Origin: Candidatus Eiseniibacteriota bacterium
Lineage (GTDB): Bacteria; Eisenbacteria; RBG-16-71-46; JABDJR01
NCBI GenBank assembly: GCA_963762255.1
Contig: CAVXKA010000002.1
Coordinates: 448,001 to 512,000 of the forward strand
DNA length: 64,000 nucleotides
Direction: 5' to 3'
A program made the position numbers and the translations under genes. Positions 10,391 through 20,283 of the stretch are shown here, piece after piece (within the stretch, counting starts at the first letter, position 1; every line of letters begins with the position of its first letter). The notes beneath the pieces were generated by a model. The model saw nothing but the letters and a program-made list of their open reading frames with translations, had not been told where the DNA came from and searched no databases.

Positions 10391-11536
10391 TCAGCGAACC
10401 GCGGGCGCGACCCCCGCCTCTCCGGAACGGCCGGCCAGGGAAGCATCCATCTCCGGGGTCCAGGCCGAATCGGGGGCCTGCCGGATTTCCGCAACAGCGA
10501 CGGTGCGGACACCGCGCCGCAAGTACCGGATCGGCACGTTGGAGCCGGGGACGGTCGCTGCGACCAGGAAGGAGAGATCCTCGGGGCTCTGCACGCGGGC
10601 GCCGGCATATTCGAGGATCACGTCCCCGGGTATGAGGCCCGCTTCGGCGGCGGGGCTCGCGACGACGACTCGGTGCACCATCACCCCGGCCATCGCTCGT
10701 CCTCGGCCGCGGAGGGCCTTCGTGAGTTCCACCTCCAGCCCGAGGTAGCCGCGCTCGACATAGCCCAGCCTCGTCAACTCCCTGGCAATCTCGAGCGCGC
10801 TGGCCGCCGGCAGCGCCACGGTGGTCGCGATCGGATTCGCGGTGGTGACATGACCTGCCTGAACGTAGCCCGCAATAAGATCGGTGCCGGGAGGCAGGAT
10901 TGCCCGGCCAGGGCCAAGTTCGAGACGGCCGGAGAGCAACCCGACCATCCTTCCCTCCCGGTTCAGAAGGGCGCCTCCCGTGAAGCCGGGGAACATGGGA
11001 GCCGCCACTTGCAGCATGTCGACGTCTGTGTATCCCAAGCTCGGGCCATCGGGAAGCACAACCGTCCCGAAGCCCGCGCTCGGCGCCCCCGGCGCGCCGA
11101 GGCCCACCGCAAACACCATCTCCCCGGGGAAGACGAGAGCCCTGTCGTCGATGGGGATGGCAGACATCCCGAGGCCGTCCGCCTTGAGTACTGCGAGGTT
11201 GGTGCGCCGGTCCACGCCGACCACCCGCGCGATGACTGTGTCGCCGGGGACGGGCGACACCAGAACCTCTCGAGCGGAGCCGACGATCCCCGCGCACGTG
11301 AGGATGTACCCCTCTCCTATCGAGACGCCGGTTCCTATGATGCGCCCCGGAGCCTCGGCGGCGGCCGAATACTCGGTGGTGCGGATCACGCGTGTGAGAT
11401 AGCGACGAGCCTGTGTGGCGACGCGCTCTGCCTCCCCGGTGACGCCGGGCATCCCACTCGATTCGGCCGGATCGACCGGCCGGGACGCCATCGCCGCGAT
11501 CGCGAAGAAGAACGCGACGGACGTCCGTCGAAGCAT
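10391..11536 (-). CDS. HtrA/S1C-like protease homologue with one PDZ domain; catalytic triad degenerate
   Basis: Signal peptide; GTGV, GYILT, ARVVGVD...NLAVLK, LQVAAP...GGALLNREGRMVG, RGYLG and SPAAEAGLIPGDVI (PDZ). Start overlaps the anti-sigma stop (TGATG). Confidence 0.85.
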   Translation of the reverse strand: MLRRTSVAFFFAIAAMASRPVDPAESSGMPGVTGEAERVATQARRYLTRVIRTTEYSAAAEAPGRIIGTGVSIGEGYILTCAGIVGSAREVLVSPVPGDTVIARVVGVDRRTNLAVLKADGLGMSAIPIDDRALVFPGEMVFAVGLGAPGAPSAGFGTVVLPDGPSLGYTDVDMLQVAAPMFPGFTGGALLNREGRMVGLLSGRLELGPGRAILPPGTDLIAGYVQAGHVTTANPIATTVALPAASALEIARELTRLGYVERGYLGLEVELTKALRGRGRAMAGVMVHRVVVASPAAEAGLIPGDVILEYAGARVQSPEDLSFLVAATVPGSNVPIRYLRRGVRTVAVAEIRQAPDSAWTPEMDASLAGRSGEAGVAPAVR

Positions 11537-12201
11537 CAGAACGTCACCACCACGCTGGCGGAGGGATCCGATCCCACGCGGGTGAGCACCGGCGCTCCCC
11601 CCTCGGCCGGCTCGCGCAAAACCCAATCCTCTATAGCGTAGGCATCGCGGGCCATGCCCAACGACTTGGCCTCCTCGGCCGGCGGATCGTTCAGACCGGG
11701 TAGCACCTCGGGGAGCGTGGCCACGTCGGGCGGGGGCGAGACCGACACCGGAGTCCCATTCCCCACCGCCCCACGGTGTTCGAGCGCCTCCTCCACGGAG
11801 GAGACGCGAGAAGCAGCGCCCCGATCCGCGAGCGAGATCTCGGAAGAGGGGCCAACCCAGACTCGAAGCAGGCTTACCGTCACAAGGGCAAGGGCGGCGG
11901 CGGCGGCCAGCGGGAACCCCCAAGCCGCGACCCTCGGACGCAAGCGTGGTACTGCGGGCTCGTCGAAGTCGGGCACGGGCAATCCCTTCACCTCGGCGAG
12001 AACTCGCGCAGTGAATCCGCTGGAGACTGTGATGCGCGGGAGGCCGGACAACCTGGGGAGCAACGCCGCGACCTCGCGCACGCAGTCGCGGCAGCGCGGG
12101 CAGGTCTCCAGGTGATCTTCAACGATCCGGGTCTCGGCGGGGCTCGCCTCATGTTCAAGGTAAGCGGAGAGGAGGGAATCCACGCGGTCGCAAGGCTTCA
12201 T
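11536..12201 (-). CDS. Zinc-finger (zf-HC2/ZAS) transmembrane anti-sigma factor
   Basis: C...LLSAYL...HLETCPRC (HxxxCxxC), one TM helix, directly downstream of an ECF sigma gene. Confidence 0.88.
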   Translation of the reverse strand: MKPCDRVDSLLSAYLEHEASPAETRIVEDHLETCPRCRDCVREVAALLPRLSGLPRITVSSGFTARVLAEVKGLPVPDFDEPAVPRLRPRVAAWGFPLAAAAALALVTVSLLRVWVGPSSEISLADRGAASRVSSVEEALEHRGAVGNGTPVSVSPPPDVATLPEVLPGLNDPPAEEAKSLGMARDAYAIEDWVLREPAEGGAPVLTRVGSDPSASVVVTF

Positions 12202-12243
12202 GCTGGGCTCCTGGTGGGCTCCTTCACCGAGAGGGACTCTCGG

Positions 12244-12864
12244 TCAGAGCTCGGTCTTCGCAAGGGTCTTGAGTTTCTCCTTCAGCATCAGACGGGCTCG
12301 ATTGATCCTCGATCGCACCGTGCCCCCGGGGACGCCGAGCACCTCGCCGATCTCTTCGTACGAGAGCCCCTCGATGTCCCTCAGAACCAGCGCCTCCCGA
12401 TACACATCGGGGAGCCGCCGGATAGCCTGCTCCACCATCCGGTTCGTTTGATCGCGCTCGATGAGCCGGTCGGTGGAAGGCTGGTCGTCATCACGCATCT
12501 GGGGCTCGATGGAGCCTGTCGTCTCCTCCATCTGCTCCAGACTGAACACGTTTCGCAAGCGCACCTTCCGGCGGATCTCGTTCTTGGCCAGGTTCACCGC
12601 GATGGTGAAGATCCAGGTCGAGAACCTGCCGGTCTTTCGGTAGCGTTCGCGGTGGAGGTACACCCGAACGAAGGCTTCCTGGGCGAGGTCCTCCGAGCGC
12701 TGGAAGTCCCGCACGTACCTGAATATCACGTTCTGGAGCCGGTTCTTGTACCGATCCACCAGGCAGACGAAAGCGATCTCGCTTCCGGCCACCACGTGAT
12801 CCATCAGATCCTCGTCCGGGAGGTCTCTGGAGAACGCTTGTGTCTGCAGACCCGCCTCCGTCAC
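12244..12864 (-). CDS. ECF sigma-70 family RNA polymerase sigma factor (RpoE-like)
   Basis: EDLAQEAFVRVY, FSTWIFTIAVN, LRDIEGLSYEEIG, GTVRSRINRAR; GTG at 12864 preceded by GGAGGT. Confidence 0.92.
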   Translation of the reverse strand: MTEAGLQTQAFSRDLPDEDLMDHVVAGSEIAFVCLVDRYKNRLQNVIFRYVRDFQRSEDLAQEAFVRVYLHRERYRKTGRFSTWIFTIAVNLAKNEIRRKVRLRNVFSLEQMEETTGSIEPQMRDDDQPSTDRLIERDQTNRMVEQAIRRLPDVYREALVLRDIEGLSYEEIGEVLGVPGGTVRSRINRARLMLKEKLKTLAKTEL

Positions 12865-12886
12865 CTGCGGCGGTACCTCCGGCCGG

Positions 12887-12914
12887 TAGTACCCACCGGC
12901 CGGGACCCGGTTCC
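12887..12914 (-). promoter_or_regulatory. Putative ECF-type autoregulatory promoter
   Basis: GGAACC-N16-GTACTA on the minus strand, just upstream of the sigma gene RBS. Confidence 0.4.
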
Positions 12915-13009
12915 CGCTGGCCAAAGCCCCCTGTTTGGGCGCAACATAACTTCCGCGCCAGGGTATCATAGGCGTTGAGTCGGTGCAGGGCATCCTCCGG
13001 AGGCATAAC

Positions 13010-13657
13010 ATGAGTTTGGGCAAGCAGTTGACCTTCAAGCTACCGATCCTGCTCGGAAGCGCGTGCTTCCTGGCCGGGTGCTACACGATGCTTCGCCACC
13101 CCACCACCGAACTCACCCAGACCCACGGTGGAGACGCTGAGTACAGCGATTGCGCCTCCTGTCACGACCAGGGATTCGAGGAACCGCTCCTTCGAGACCC
13201 CTACGGCTACACCAACTTCGGTTTCTGGAGCTACTACGGCTGCCCCTGGTGGCTCACCGACTGCGGGCTGTCGTACGCCTACGGCAGTCCTGGCGGTCCC
13301 GGTTGGAGCGGAGGAGAGGGCGGGGGTGCTTACGGGCGGCCCACCGAAACCGACGAGGATGGGCGCGCCATCGGCTCACGGGGTGTGGTGCGAAATCTCC
13401 CAGGCCGACTTCCCACGGTCAATCCGCCCTCGGGAGGCGGCATGGCTTCCCCGGGCACAAACCTCCGTCCAAGCGAGAACACACCGGGAGCGGCCGACCC
13501 ACCATCGAACCAGGGACAGCAGGAGGGGCGCACGATGAAGCGCCCCGCCGAAACTCCCGCGGCTCCGAGCGCCCAGCCCCCTGCGGCCGCTCCGCCCCAG
13601 GACAGCAAGAAGGACGACAAGAAGGACAAGCCGGAGCAGGACAAGGCCAGGAACTAG
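13010..13657 (+). CDS. Lipoprotein with a single CxxCH motif, Tyr/Trp-rich segment and Pro-rich disordered tail
   Basis: ATG at 13010 after GGAGG; lipobox LAGC; DCASCHD; YGYTNFGFWSYYGCPWW. Confidence 0.75.
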   Translation: MSLGKQLTFKLPILLGSACFLAGCYTMLRHPTTELTQTHGGDAEYSDCASCHDQGFEEPLLRDPYGYTNFGFWSYYGCPWWLTDCGLSYAYGSPGGPGWSGGEGGGAYGRPTETDEDGRAIGSRGVVRNLPGRLPTVNPPSGGGMASPGTNLRPSENTPGAADPPSNQGQQEGRTMKRPAETPAAPSAQPPAAAPPQDSKKDDKKDKPEQDKARN

Positions 13658-13686
13658 GGACCGGAACACGCGGGGAGGTTTGAAAC

Positions 13687-15156
13687 ATGGTGATGACGCA
13701 GCGTTGGACGCGATACGCGGCACTTGCCGCTCTGGTGATAGCGGGTTCGCTGGCGGGCACCGTCTATGCGCAGGACGCCAAGGATCTCCCGCCGGTGGAG
13801 CTTCCGGAGACCAACTTCCACGGCATGGGGGCGCGCGCGCTGGGCATGGGCACGGCCTACACCGCGGTTTCCGAGGACGTGACCGCAATCGACTTCAATC
13901 CAGCCGGCCTCGCACAGATCCGCCGGGTAGAACTCTCGGGCGGGCTTGTCCATTCCGGCACGGATCGGACGGTCCAGCATTTCGGCGCCGCCAAGACGGA
14001 GCAGTCCAGCTTGCGGCTCGATCATCTCGCTCTCGCCTATCCCGTCCCCACCTACAGAGGAAGTCTCGTCTTCGCGGGGGGATTCCATCGCGCTGCGGAC
14101 ACCGACGTGAGCCTGCTGCGTCAAGGCTATGCGGTCCCGATCCAGGGACAGACCCCCGGACTGTTCGAGCTTGAAGACTACGTCCGCGAGGGATCGGTCG
14201 ATCGGTGGACCGTGGCGGCGGCCACGGATCTGTCGCCGAACATCTCCGTAGGCGCTTCGCTGAGCTACCTCTCGGGTTCCAGCGAGGAGACTCTTACCCT
14301 CGCCAACTACCGCGCGGTTCCCTCCGGCGGTGGGGTGATCCTGGACGTGGGCTACCCCGACTTTCCCGACGATCGCGCCTTCTTGAGCAGCGCGTCCCGA
14401 ACAAGCGAGCTCACCGGCTACACTGGCTCGCTCGGGTTTATGGGGTATCTGGATAGCGGCTTCCGCCTCGGGCTTTCGCTCGATCTCCCCAAGAAGCTCA
14501 GCTATGACGTGAACGAGGAATCGAGCCTGGAGGATTACGAAAAGATCGACTCTGACCTCCTGCTCCTCCAAGACGACATCACGCTCCCCCTCTCCGTGAA
14601 CGGCGGCGTCTCCTGGGGCGGCCGCGGGCTCCTGGTGAGCGGCGGCGCGCGGTGGGCCGATTACTCGCAGATCGACTTCGACGGGAAGATCTACGCGCCG
14701 CCGGCTCTCTCCGGCGATCCTTCGTTCGCGCAGGAGCTGGCCTACCGATCCGTCGTCGCGCTGAACGTGGGGGCGGAGTATCAGTTATCGAGTCTCCCGC
14801 TCAGGGTGCGGGCGGGCTTCTTCACCGAGCCACTCCCCTACAAGCTCATCGCCGCCGACACCGACTTCGAGTTCGTGCCGGACGACAACAACTCGCAGAC
14901 CACCTCCGATGCGTCGGTGGTGTATCGCGACTATCCGGAGGCGCGCATCGTTTCGGACCGCAAGTATTGGACGCTGGGGGCGGGGGTGCTCGTGCAGGAG
15001 GCGCTGACCCTCGACGTCGCGGTGGTGCACGGGAGTTGGGAGCGGGAGACGCCGCCGGCCTACACCCATACGACGACTTTCTATGCGACCCAGCCCACGA
15101 CGGAGAAGGTCTCTCAAACTCGCGTCTTCGTGAGCACGACCCTGCACTTCGAATAG
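13687..15156 (+). CDS. OmpP1/FadL-family outer-membrane beta-barrel
   Basis: Signal peptide; GMGARALGMGTAYTAVSEDVTAIDFNPAGLA hatch motif; amphipathic strands; ends LHFE. Confidence 0.82.
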   Translation: MVMTQRWTRYAALAALVIAGSLAGTVYAQDAKDLPPVELPETNFHGMGARALGMGTAYTAVSEDVTAIDFNPAGLAQIRRVELSGGLVHSGTDRTVQHFGAAKTEQSSLRLDHLALAYPVPTYRGSLVFAGGFHRAADTDVSLLRQGYAVPIQGQTPGLFELEDYVREGSVDRWTVAAATDLSPNISVGASLSYLSGSSEETLTLANYRAVPSGGGVILDVGYPDFPDDRAFLSSASRTSELTGYTGSLGFMGYLDSGFRLGLSLDLPKKLSYDVNEESSLEDYEKIDSDLLLLQDDITLPLSVNGGVSWGGRGLLVSGGARWADYSQIDFDGKIYAPPALSGDPSFAQELAYRSVVALNVGAEYQLSSLPLRVRAGFFTEPLPYKLIAADTDFEFVPDDNNSQTTSDASVVYRDYPEARIVSDRKYWTLGAGVLVQEALTLDVAVVHGSWERETPPAYTHTTTFYATQPTTEKVSQTRVFVSTTLHFE

Positions 15157-15208
15157 CTCCTCCCCCGTCGCGCGTTCGGTCCGCCGGGCGGGCCGGACGC
15201 GCCGCGGG

Positions 15209-15970
15209 CTAGAGGAGCCCCAACCGCTCCAGCGCGTTCTGGGCCGCCGACTGCTCGGCGCGCTTCTTGTTCGTCCCCTTGCCCAGACCGAGCTGCTCGC
15301 CTCGAACCGTGACATCCACCGTGAACACCTTGCGGTGATCGGGGCCGGACTCCGAGGTGATGCGGTAGCGCGGGTACGTCTTGAAGCGCTCCTGAATGTT
15401 CTCCTGCAGGAGGCTCTTGTAGTTGACGTGGCTGCGGTTGCCGAGGATTTGATCGACGTCGTCGAGGAGTTGCCGGTCCAGAAAGCGCGCGGCGGCGGCG
15501 AGCCCGCCGTCCAGGTAGACCGCGCCGATCACGGCCTCAAAACCGTCGGCGAGGATGGAGGCGCGGAAGGATCCCCCCGATTCCCGTTCGGCGTCGCTAA
15601 GGAAGAGAAATCGCCCGAGGTTGAGGCGCTTGGCCTGCTCGGCCAGCACCCCCCTGCTCACCAGAAGGGATTTCATCTTGGTGAGCTCCCCTTCCTGGTG
15701 GTCGGGGTAGCGGTGGTAAAGGAACTCGTTGACCACGAGTTCGAGCACGGAGTCCCCAAGGAACTCCAGTCGCTCGTTCGACCCCGGAAGCTCCACCCCG
15801 TTGGAGTTCAGATAGGATCGGTGGGTGAGCGCCCAGCAGAGCAATGTTGAGTCGGAGAAGCGGTAGCCAACGTGCTTCTCGAACTCCTCCAGCACGGGCC
15901 GCAGGGAGGGATCCGAAACCGCACACCGGCGACGGCGCCTCATCCGGCGCAGAAGGCCGTGCAGACCCAT
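15209..15970 (-). CDS. rnc: Ribonuclease III
   Basis: ALTHRSY, NERLEFLGDSVL, ADGFEAVIGAVYLD, dsRBD NYKSLLQE...KKRAEQSAA; exact start uncertain. Confidence 0.95.
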   Translation of the reverse strand: MGLHGLLRRMRRRRRCAVSDPSLRPVLEEFEKHVGYRFSDSTLLCWALTHRSYLNSNGVELPGSNERLEFLGDSVLELVVNEFLYHRYPDHQEGELTKMKSLLVSRGVLAEQAKRLNLGRFLFLSDAERESGGSFRASILADGFEAVIGAVYLDGGLAAAARFLDRQLLDDVDQILGNRSHVNYKSLLQENIQERFKTYPRYRITSESGPDHRKVFTVDVTVRGEQLGLGKGTNKKRAEQSAAQNALERLGLL

Positions 15971-16012
15971 CTCGGGATTCCAAGCGGAGCCGACTCACCC
16001 GGGCCGCGAGGC

Positions 16013-17251
16013 CTATCGGAACCGGCGCACCGCGAGAGTGACGTTGTGGCCGCCGAACCCCAGCGAGTTGGAGAGAGCGACCTCGACCGTGGCCCGACGT
16101 GCTTCATTGGGGACACAGTCCAGGTCGCACTCCGGATCCGGGTGCTCGTAGTTGATGGTCGGGGGCAGGACACCCTCCTGAAGCGCCAAGGCGGTGGCGA
16201 TGAACTCGACCCCACCCGCAGCGCCAAGGAGGTGTCCGGTCATGGACTTCGTGGATCCCAAGGCCAACGACCGGGCGTGCTCCCCGAACACCGTCTTCAC
16301 GGCGGCAGTTTCCATCTTGTCGTTCAGCGGAGTGGATGTCCCATGGGCATTGATGTACCCCACTTCGTCCACCCGGATCTGGCCGTCGGTGAGCGCGGCC
16401 TTCATCGCCCGCGCCGCTCCCTCTCCGTTAGGAGCGGGCGCGGTCATGTGAAAGGCATCGGCGGTCAGGCCGTAGCCCACGATGCGGGCGTAAATCTTCG
16501 CCCCTCTCCGGCGCGCGTGCTCCTCGTCCTCCAGGACGACGACGCCCGCCCCCTCTCCCATGATGAAGCCGTCCCGCTCGGCATCGAACGGCCGCGACGC
16601 ACGTTCAGGAGCGTCGTTGCGGGTGGACATGGCTTTCATGGAACAGAACCCGGCGAAGCAGAGTTCGGTGAGGGTCGCCTCGGCTCCCCCGCACACCATC
16701 ACATCCGCCTGGTCCAACCGGATGGCGTTGAACGCCTCGCCGATGGCATGCGCCCCTGAGGCGCAGGCGGAGACGGTCGTGTAGTTGGGGCCCTTGAGAT
16801 TCCAGCGAATGGAGACGTAACCGGACGCCATGTTCGCGATCATCATCGGGATGAAGAAGGGGCTGACCCTGCCGGGGCCCTTCTCGAGCATGGTGCGGTG
16901 CTGTGCTTCGAAGGTGGAGATTCCGCCGATGCCGGTGCCGATGATGACCCCAGCCCGCTCGGGATCGGGCATGCCCCCATCCAGCCCGGAATCCACGATG
17001 GCCTGGTGAGCGGCAGCGAGGGCGTACTGGGTGAAGAGGTCTGTGCGGCGGGCTTCCCTGGCATCCGCGTACTGCGTCACATCGAAGTTCTTGACCTCCC
17101 CGGCGATGCGGGTGTCCAGCTTCGAAGGATCGAAACGGGTGATGAGGGTAATGCCGTTGCGGCCGCCGACCAACCCCTCCCACAACTCGGGGACCGAGTT
17201 GCCGAGGGGGGTGATCGCGCCCATGCCGGTGACGACGACGTTACGGTTCAT
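16013..17251 (-). CDS. fabF: 3-oxoacyl-ACP synthase II
   Basis: VVVTGMG, SACASG, YINAHGTST, STKSMTGHLLGAAG, SNSLGFGGHN. Confidence 0.96.
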   Translation of the reverse strand: MNRNVVVTGMGAITPLGNSVPELWEGLVGGRNGITLITRFDPSKLDTRIAGEVKNFDVTQYADAREARRTDLFTQYALAAAHQAIVDSGLDGGMPDPERAGVIIGTGIGGISTFEAQHRTMLEKGPGRVSPFFIPMMIANMASGYVSIRWNLKGPNYTTVSACASGAHAIGEAFNAIRLDQADVMVCGGAEATLTELCFAGFCSMKAMSTRNDAPERASRPFDAERDGFIMGEGAGVVVLEDEEHARRRGAKIYARIVGYGLTADAFHMTAPAPNGEGAARAMKAALTDGQIRVDEVGYINAHGTSTPLNDKMETAAVKTVFGEHARSLALGSTKSMTGHLLGAAGGVEFIATALALQEGVLPPTINYEHPDPECDLDCVPNEARRATVEVALSNSLGFGGHNVTLAVRRFR

Positions 17252-17307
17252 GATTGCGGCGGCATGCAAAGGGCGCTGCCAATCGGCGCGCCCAAGCCGG
17301 AGCAGCC

Positions 17308-17544
17308 CTACTCTACGTGGTCCTTGAGGTAGCTCATGGCGTCGCCGACCGTCGCCATCTTCTCGGCGTCCTCGTCGGGAATCTCGACGTTGAACTCCTC
17401 TTCCAGAGCCATGATCAACTCAACCGTGTCGAGCGAGTCGGCGCCCAGATCGTCGATGAAGCGAGCTTCGGGTTTCACCTGGTCGGCCGAGACCCCAAGC
17501 TGCTCGACGATGATCTCCTTGACGCGGTTCTCATTGTAAGCCAT
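17308..17544 (-). CDS. acpP: Acyl carrier protein
   Basis: [20 protein letters not shown]; ATG at 17544 with RBS GGAGGA. Confidence 0.97.
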   Translation of the reverse strand: MAYNENRVKEIIVEQLGVSADQVKPEARFIDDLGADSLDTVELIMALEEEFNVEIPDEDAEKMATVGDAMSYLKDHVE

Positions 17545-17615
17545 GCGAAAATCCTCCATCCGGATTGAAACCGGAGGCTATGGACTATAGCCCCCCTTCG
17601 GAAAGCTGGGGAAGG

Positions 17616-18365
17616 TTAGGCCATGACCATGCCTCCGTCAACATGGATCACCTGGCCCGTGATATACGATGCGCCGTCGCCCGCCAGAAAGGCCACGATC
17701 CCTGCGACGTCCTCGGGAGTGCCGAGGCGGCCGAGCGGAATGGCCTTCAAGAGGACGTCCTTGGCCGCGTCAGGGAGCCCCTCCGTCATCGTGGTGTCGA
17801 TGTAGCCCGGCGCCACCACGTTTGCGGTCACGTTACGCCCGGCCAACTCCCGCGCTACCGACCGGGTGAAGCCGATGATGCCGGCCTTGGATGCCGCGTA
17901 GTTCGACTGCCCGGAGTTGCCGCTGGTGGCAACGACCGAGGAAACATTCAGGATGCGTCCCCATCGGGCGCGGATCATGTCGCGACTGAAGACCTTCGTG
18001 CAGTAGAACGTGCCGTCCAGGTTCACCCGCATCACGTCGCTCCAATCCTCCGGCTTCATGCGCAGGAGAAGTTGGTCGCGGGCGATGCCGGCGTTATTGA
18101 CCAGGATGGAGATCTTGCCAAGCGCCGCTTCGACGCCTGCGGCGCTCCCCTCCACCGCCTCGAAGTCGCTCACGTCGAGCCCGAACGCGAAGGCTCGGCG
18201 TCCCAGCGCGCGGATCTCCGCCGCCACCGCCTCGGCCGGGGGCGCATGGCGGGCGGCCAGTGCGACGTCGGCGCCTCGGCGGGCGAGTTCGAGCGCGATC
18301 GCGCGACCGATTCCCCGCGATGCGCCGGTCACCAGCGCGATCTTGCCTTCGAGATAGCCGCTCAC
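17616..18365 (-). CDS. fabG: 3-oxoacyl-ACP reductase
   Basis: TGASRGIG, NNAGI, YAASK; position in the fab operon. Confidence 0.95.
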   Translation of the reverse strand: MSGYLEGKIALVTGASRGIGRAIALELARRGADVALAARHAPPAEAVAAEIRALGRRAFAFGLDVSDFEAVEGSAAGVEAALGKISILVNNAGIARDQLLLRMKPEDWSDVMRVNLDGTFYCTKVFSRDMIRARWGRILNVSSVVATSGNSGQSNYAASKAGIIGFTRSVARELAGRNVTANVVAPGYIDTTMTEGLPDAAKDVLLKAIPLGRLGTPEDVAGIVAFLAGDGASYITGQVIHVDGGMVMA

Positions 18366-19282
18366 GACGACACCGACTCGATTTCGCCGGGATCACCGGC
18401 TGTGCCGCATTCCGCGTCGCGGTCGATGCCGCGCAGGATCCCTTTCAGAACTTTACCCGGCCCCACCTCGAGGAAGGGGCCGCCGGGGTCTTTCAGCAAC
18501 AACCGCATGCTCGCCTCCCATCGCACCGGGCTCAAGAGCTGCTTCGCCAGGGATTCGCGGATGGCTTCCGGCTCCCGGACCACCTCGGCGAGCGCGTTGG
18601 CCACGACCGGTATCGTCGCGGGGGCGATCGAGACCTCCGACAGAGCCCCGCGCAGACCGTCGTAGGCGTATTCCATGAGCGGAGAGTGAAACGCCCCGCT
18701 GACGTTGAGCGGGATCACGCGCTTGGCTCCCGACGCCCTGGCGCGCTCCATGGCCACCTCGACCCCCTTCGGTTCGCCGGAGATGACGACCTGCCCGGGG
18801 GAGTTGAGGTTCGCGGCGCACACGATCCCCTCCTCGACCTCCGCGCAAAGCGCTTCGACCTGCGCCCCTTCGAGCCCCAGGACCGCGGCCATGGTGCCCG
18901 GCCGGCGCACGCCTGCTTCGTACATGAGCTCTCCGCGCCGTCGCACCAACCGCACCGCGTCGGCGAACGCGAGCGATCCCGCCGCCACGTAGGCGGAATA
19001 CTCGCCCAGCGAGTGCCCGGCGGCCGCTGTGGGACGCACCCCGCGGGCTTCCAACTCGCGCTGCACCGCGACCGAGTGAGTGAGGATCGCGGGCTGGGTG
19101 TTGCGGGTCTTGGTCAGCTCTTCTTCCGGACCCGCGAAGGAGACCGCGGCGAGATCGAAACCCAGAGCCTCGTTGGCTTCCTCGTACACGCGACGGGCCA
19201 GGGGCGAGGCCTCGAAGAGGGATTTCCCCATGCCGACGAACTGCGAGCCCTGTCCCGGAAACAGATAGATCGCGGCCTTCAC
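18362..19282 (-). CDS. fabD: Malonyl-CoA:ACP transacylase
   Basis: FPGQGSQ, TQPAI, GHSLGEY, VSGAFHS; GTG start overlaps the fabH stop. Confidence 0.96.
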   Translation of the reverse strand: MKAAIYLFPGQGSQFVGMGKSLFEASPLARRVYEEANEALGFDLAAVSFAGPEEELTKTRNTQPAILTHSVAVQRELEARGVRPTAAAGHSLGEYSAYVAAGSLAFADAVRLVRRRGELMYEAGVRRPGTMAAVLGLEGAQVEALCAEVEEGIVCAANLNSPGQVVISGEPKGVEVAMERARASGAKRVIPLNVSGAFHSPLMEYAYDGLRGALSEVSIAPATIPVVANALAEVVREPEAIRESLAKQLLSPVRWEASMRLLLKDPGGPFLEVGPGKVLKGILRGIDRDAECGTAGDPGEIESVSS

Positions 19283-20283
19283 GCCTTCGGCTCCCACCGG
19301 ATCACCGCCGCACCCCAAGTGAGCCCCCCACCGAAGGCCACCATGCCGAGGAGATTCCCCTCTTTCGCGCGCCCGGTGCGCACCGTTTCGTCGAGCGCGA
19401 TAGGGATGGAGGAGGCCGAGGTGTTGCCCAGCCGGTCGATGGTAACGATCACTCTCTCCGGCGGCAGCCCCAGCCGCTTGGTGGTGGCGTCCATGATCCT
19501 GATGTTGGCCTGGTGCGGGATGAAGAGATCGAGGTCCCCGACATCGCAGCCGGCATCCGATACCGCCCGGCGCGCGATGGCCTCCATCCCCCGGACCGCG
19601 ATCTTGAACACCTCGTTCCCTTCCATCTTCATGTAGTGCAACCGCTGATCCACGGTCTCGTGCGTAGCGGGGTGCTTCGAGCCACCGCCGGGCATGTAGA
19701 GGAGATTACCCTGGTCGCCGTCGGAGCCGATGGCCACGGAGATGATGCCCTTCCCGGGTTCCTCGGACCCCTCGATGCACACCGCCCCCGCGCCGTCGCC
19801 GAAGAGGACGCAGGTCGATCGATCCTCGTAATCGGTAATGCGGCTCAGCGTCTCGACCGCGACGAGGAGCACGCGCCGCGATTGCCCGGACAGGATCAGC
19901 GCCTTGGCGATGTTGAGCCCATAGATGAACCCGGTGCAGGCGGCGCTGATATCGAAAGCGGCCGCGTTCACCGCCCGAAGCTTGCCCTGCAGGACGCAGC
20001 CGCACGAGGGGAACAGGTAATCCGGGGTGACGGTGGCCACCATGATGGTGTCGAGATCCTCGGCAGTCCACCCCGCCGCCTGCAGCGCGGAGTTCGCCGC
20101 CTGGAACGCGAGATCGCTGGAGGCCATGTCCGGGTCCGCGATGTGTCGCTCGCGAATCCCCGTACGGGCGACGATCCACTCGTCCGAGGTATCGACCATG
20201 CGCTCCAAGTCCGCGTTGGTCAGAATGCGCGGAGGATTGTAGGAGCCCGTGCCCCGGATGACCGCGCTCTTAGGAAGTGGCAA
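19279..20283 (-). CDS. fabH: 3-oxoacyl-ACP synthase III
   Basis: AACTGF, LFGDGAGA, PHQANIRI, GNTSASSIP, FGGGLTWG. Confidence 0.96.
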   Translation of the reverse strand: MPLPKSAVIRGTGSYNPPRILTNADLERMVDTSDEWIVARTGIRERHIADPDMASSDLAFQAANSALQAAGWTAEDLDTIMVATVTPDYLFPSCGCVLQGKLRAVNAAAFDISAACTGFIYGLNIAKALILSGQSRRVLLVAVETLSRITDYEDRSTCVLFGDGAGAVCIEGSEEPGKGIISVAIGSDGDQGNLLYMPGGGSKHPATHETVDQRLHYMKMEGNEVFKIAVRGMEAIARRAVSDAGCDVGDLDLFIPHQANIRIMDATTKRLGLPPERVIVTIDRLGNTSASSIPIALDETVRTGRAKEGNLLGMVAFGGGLTWGAAVIRWEPKA

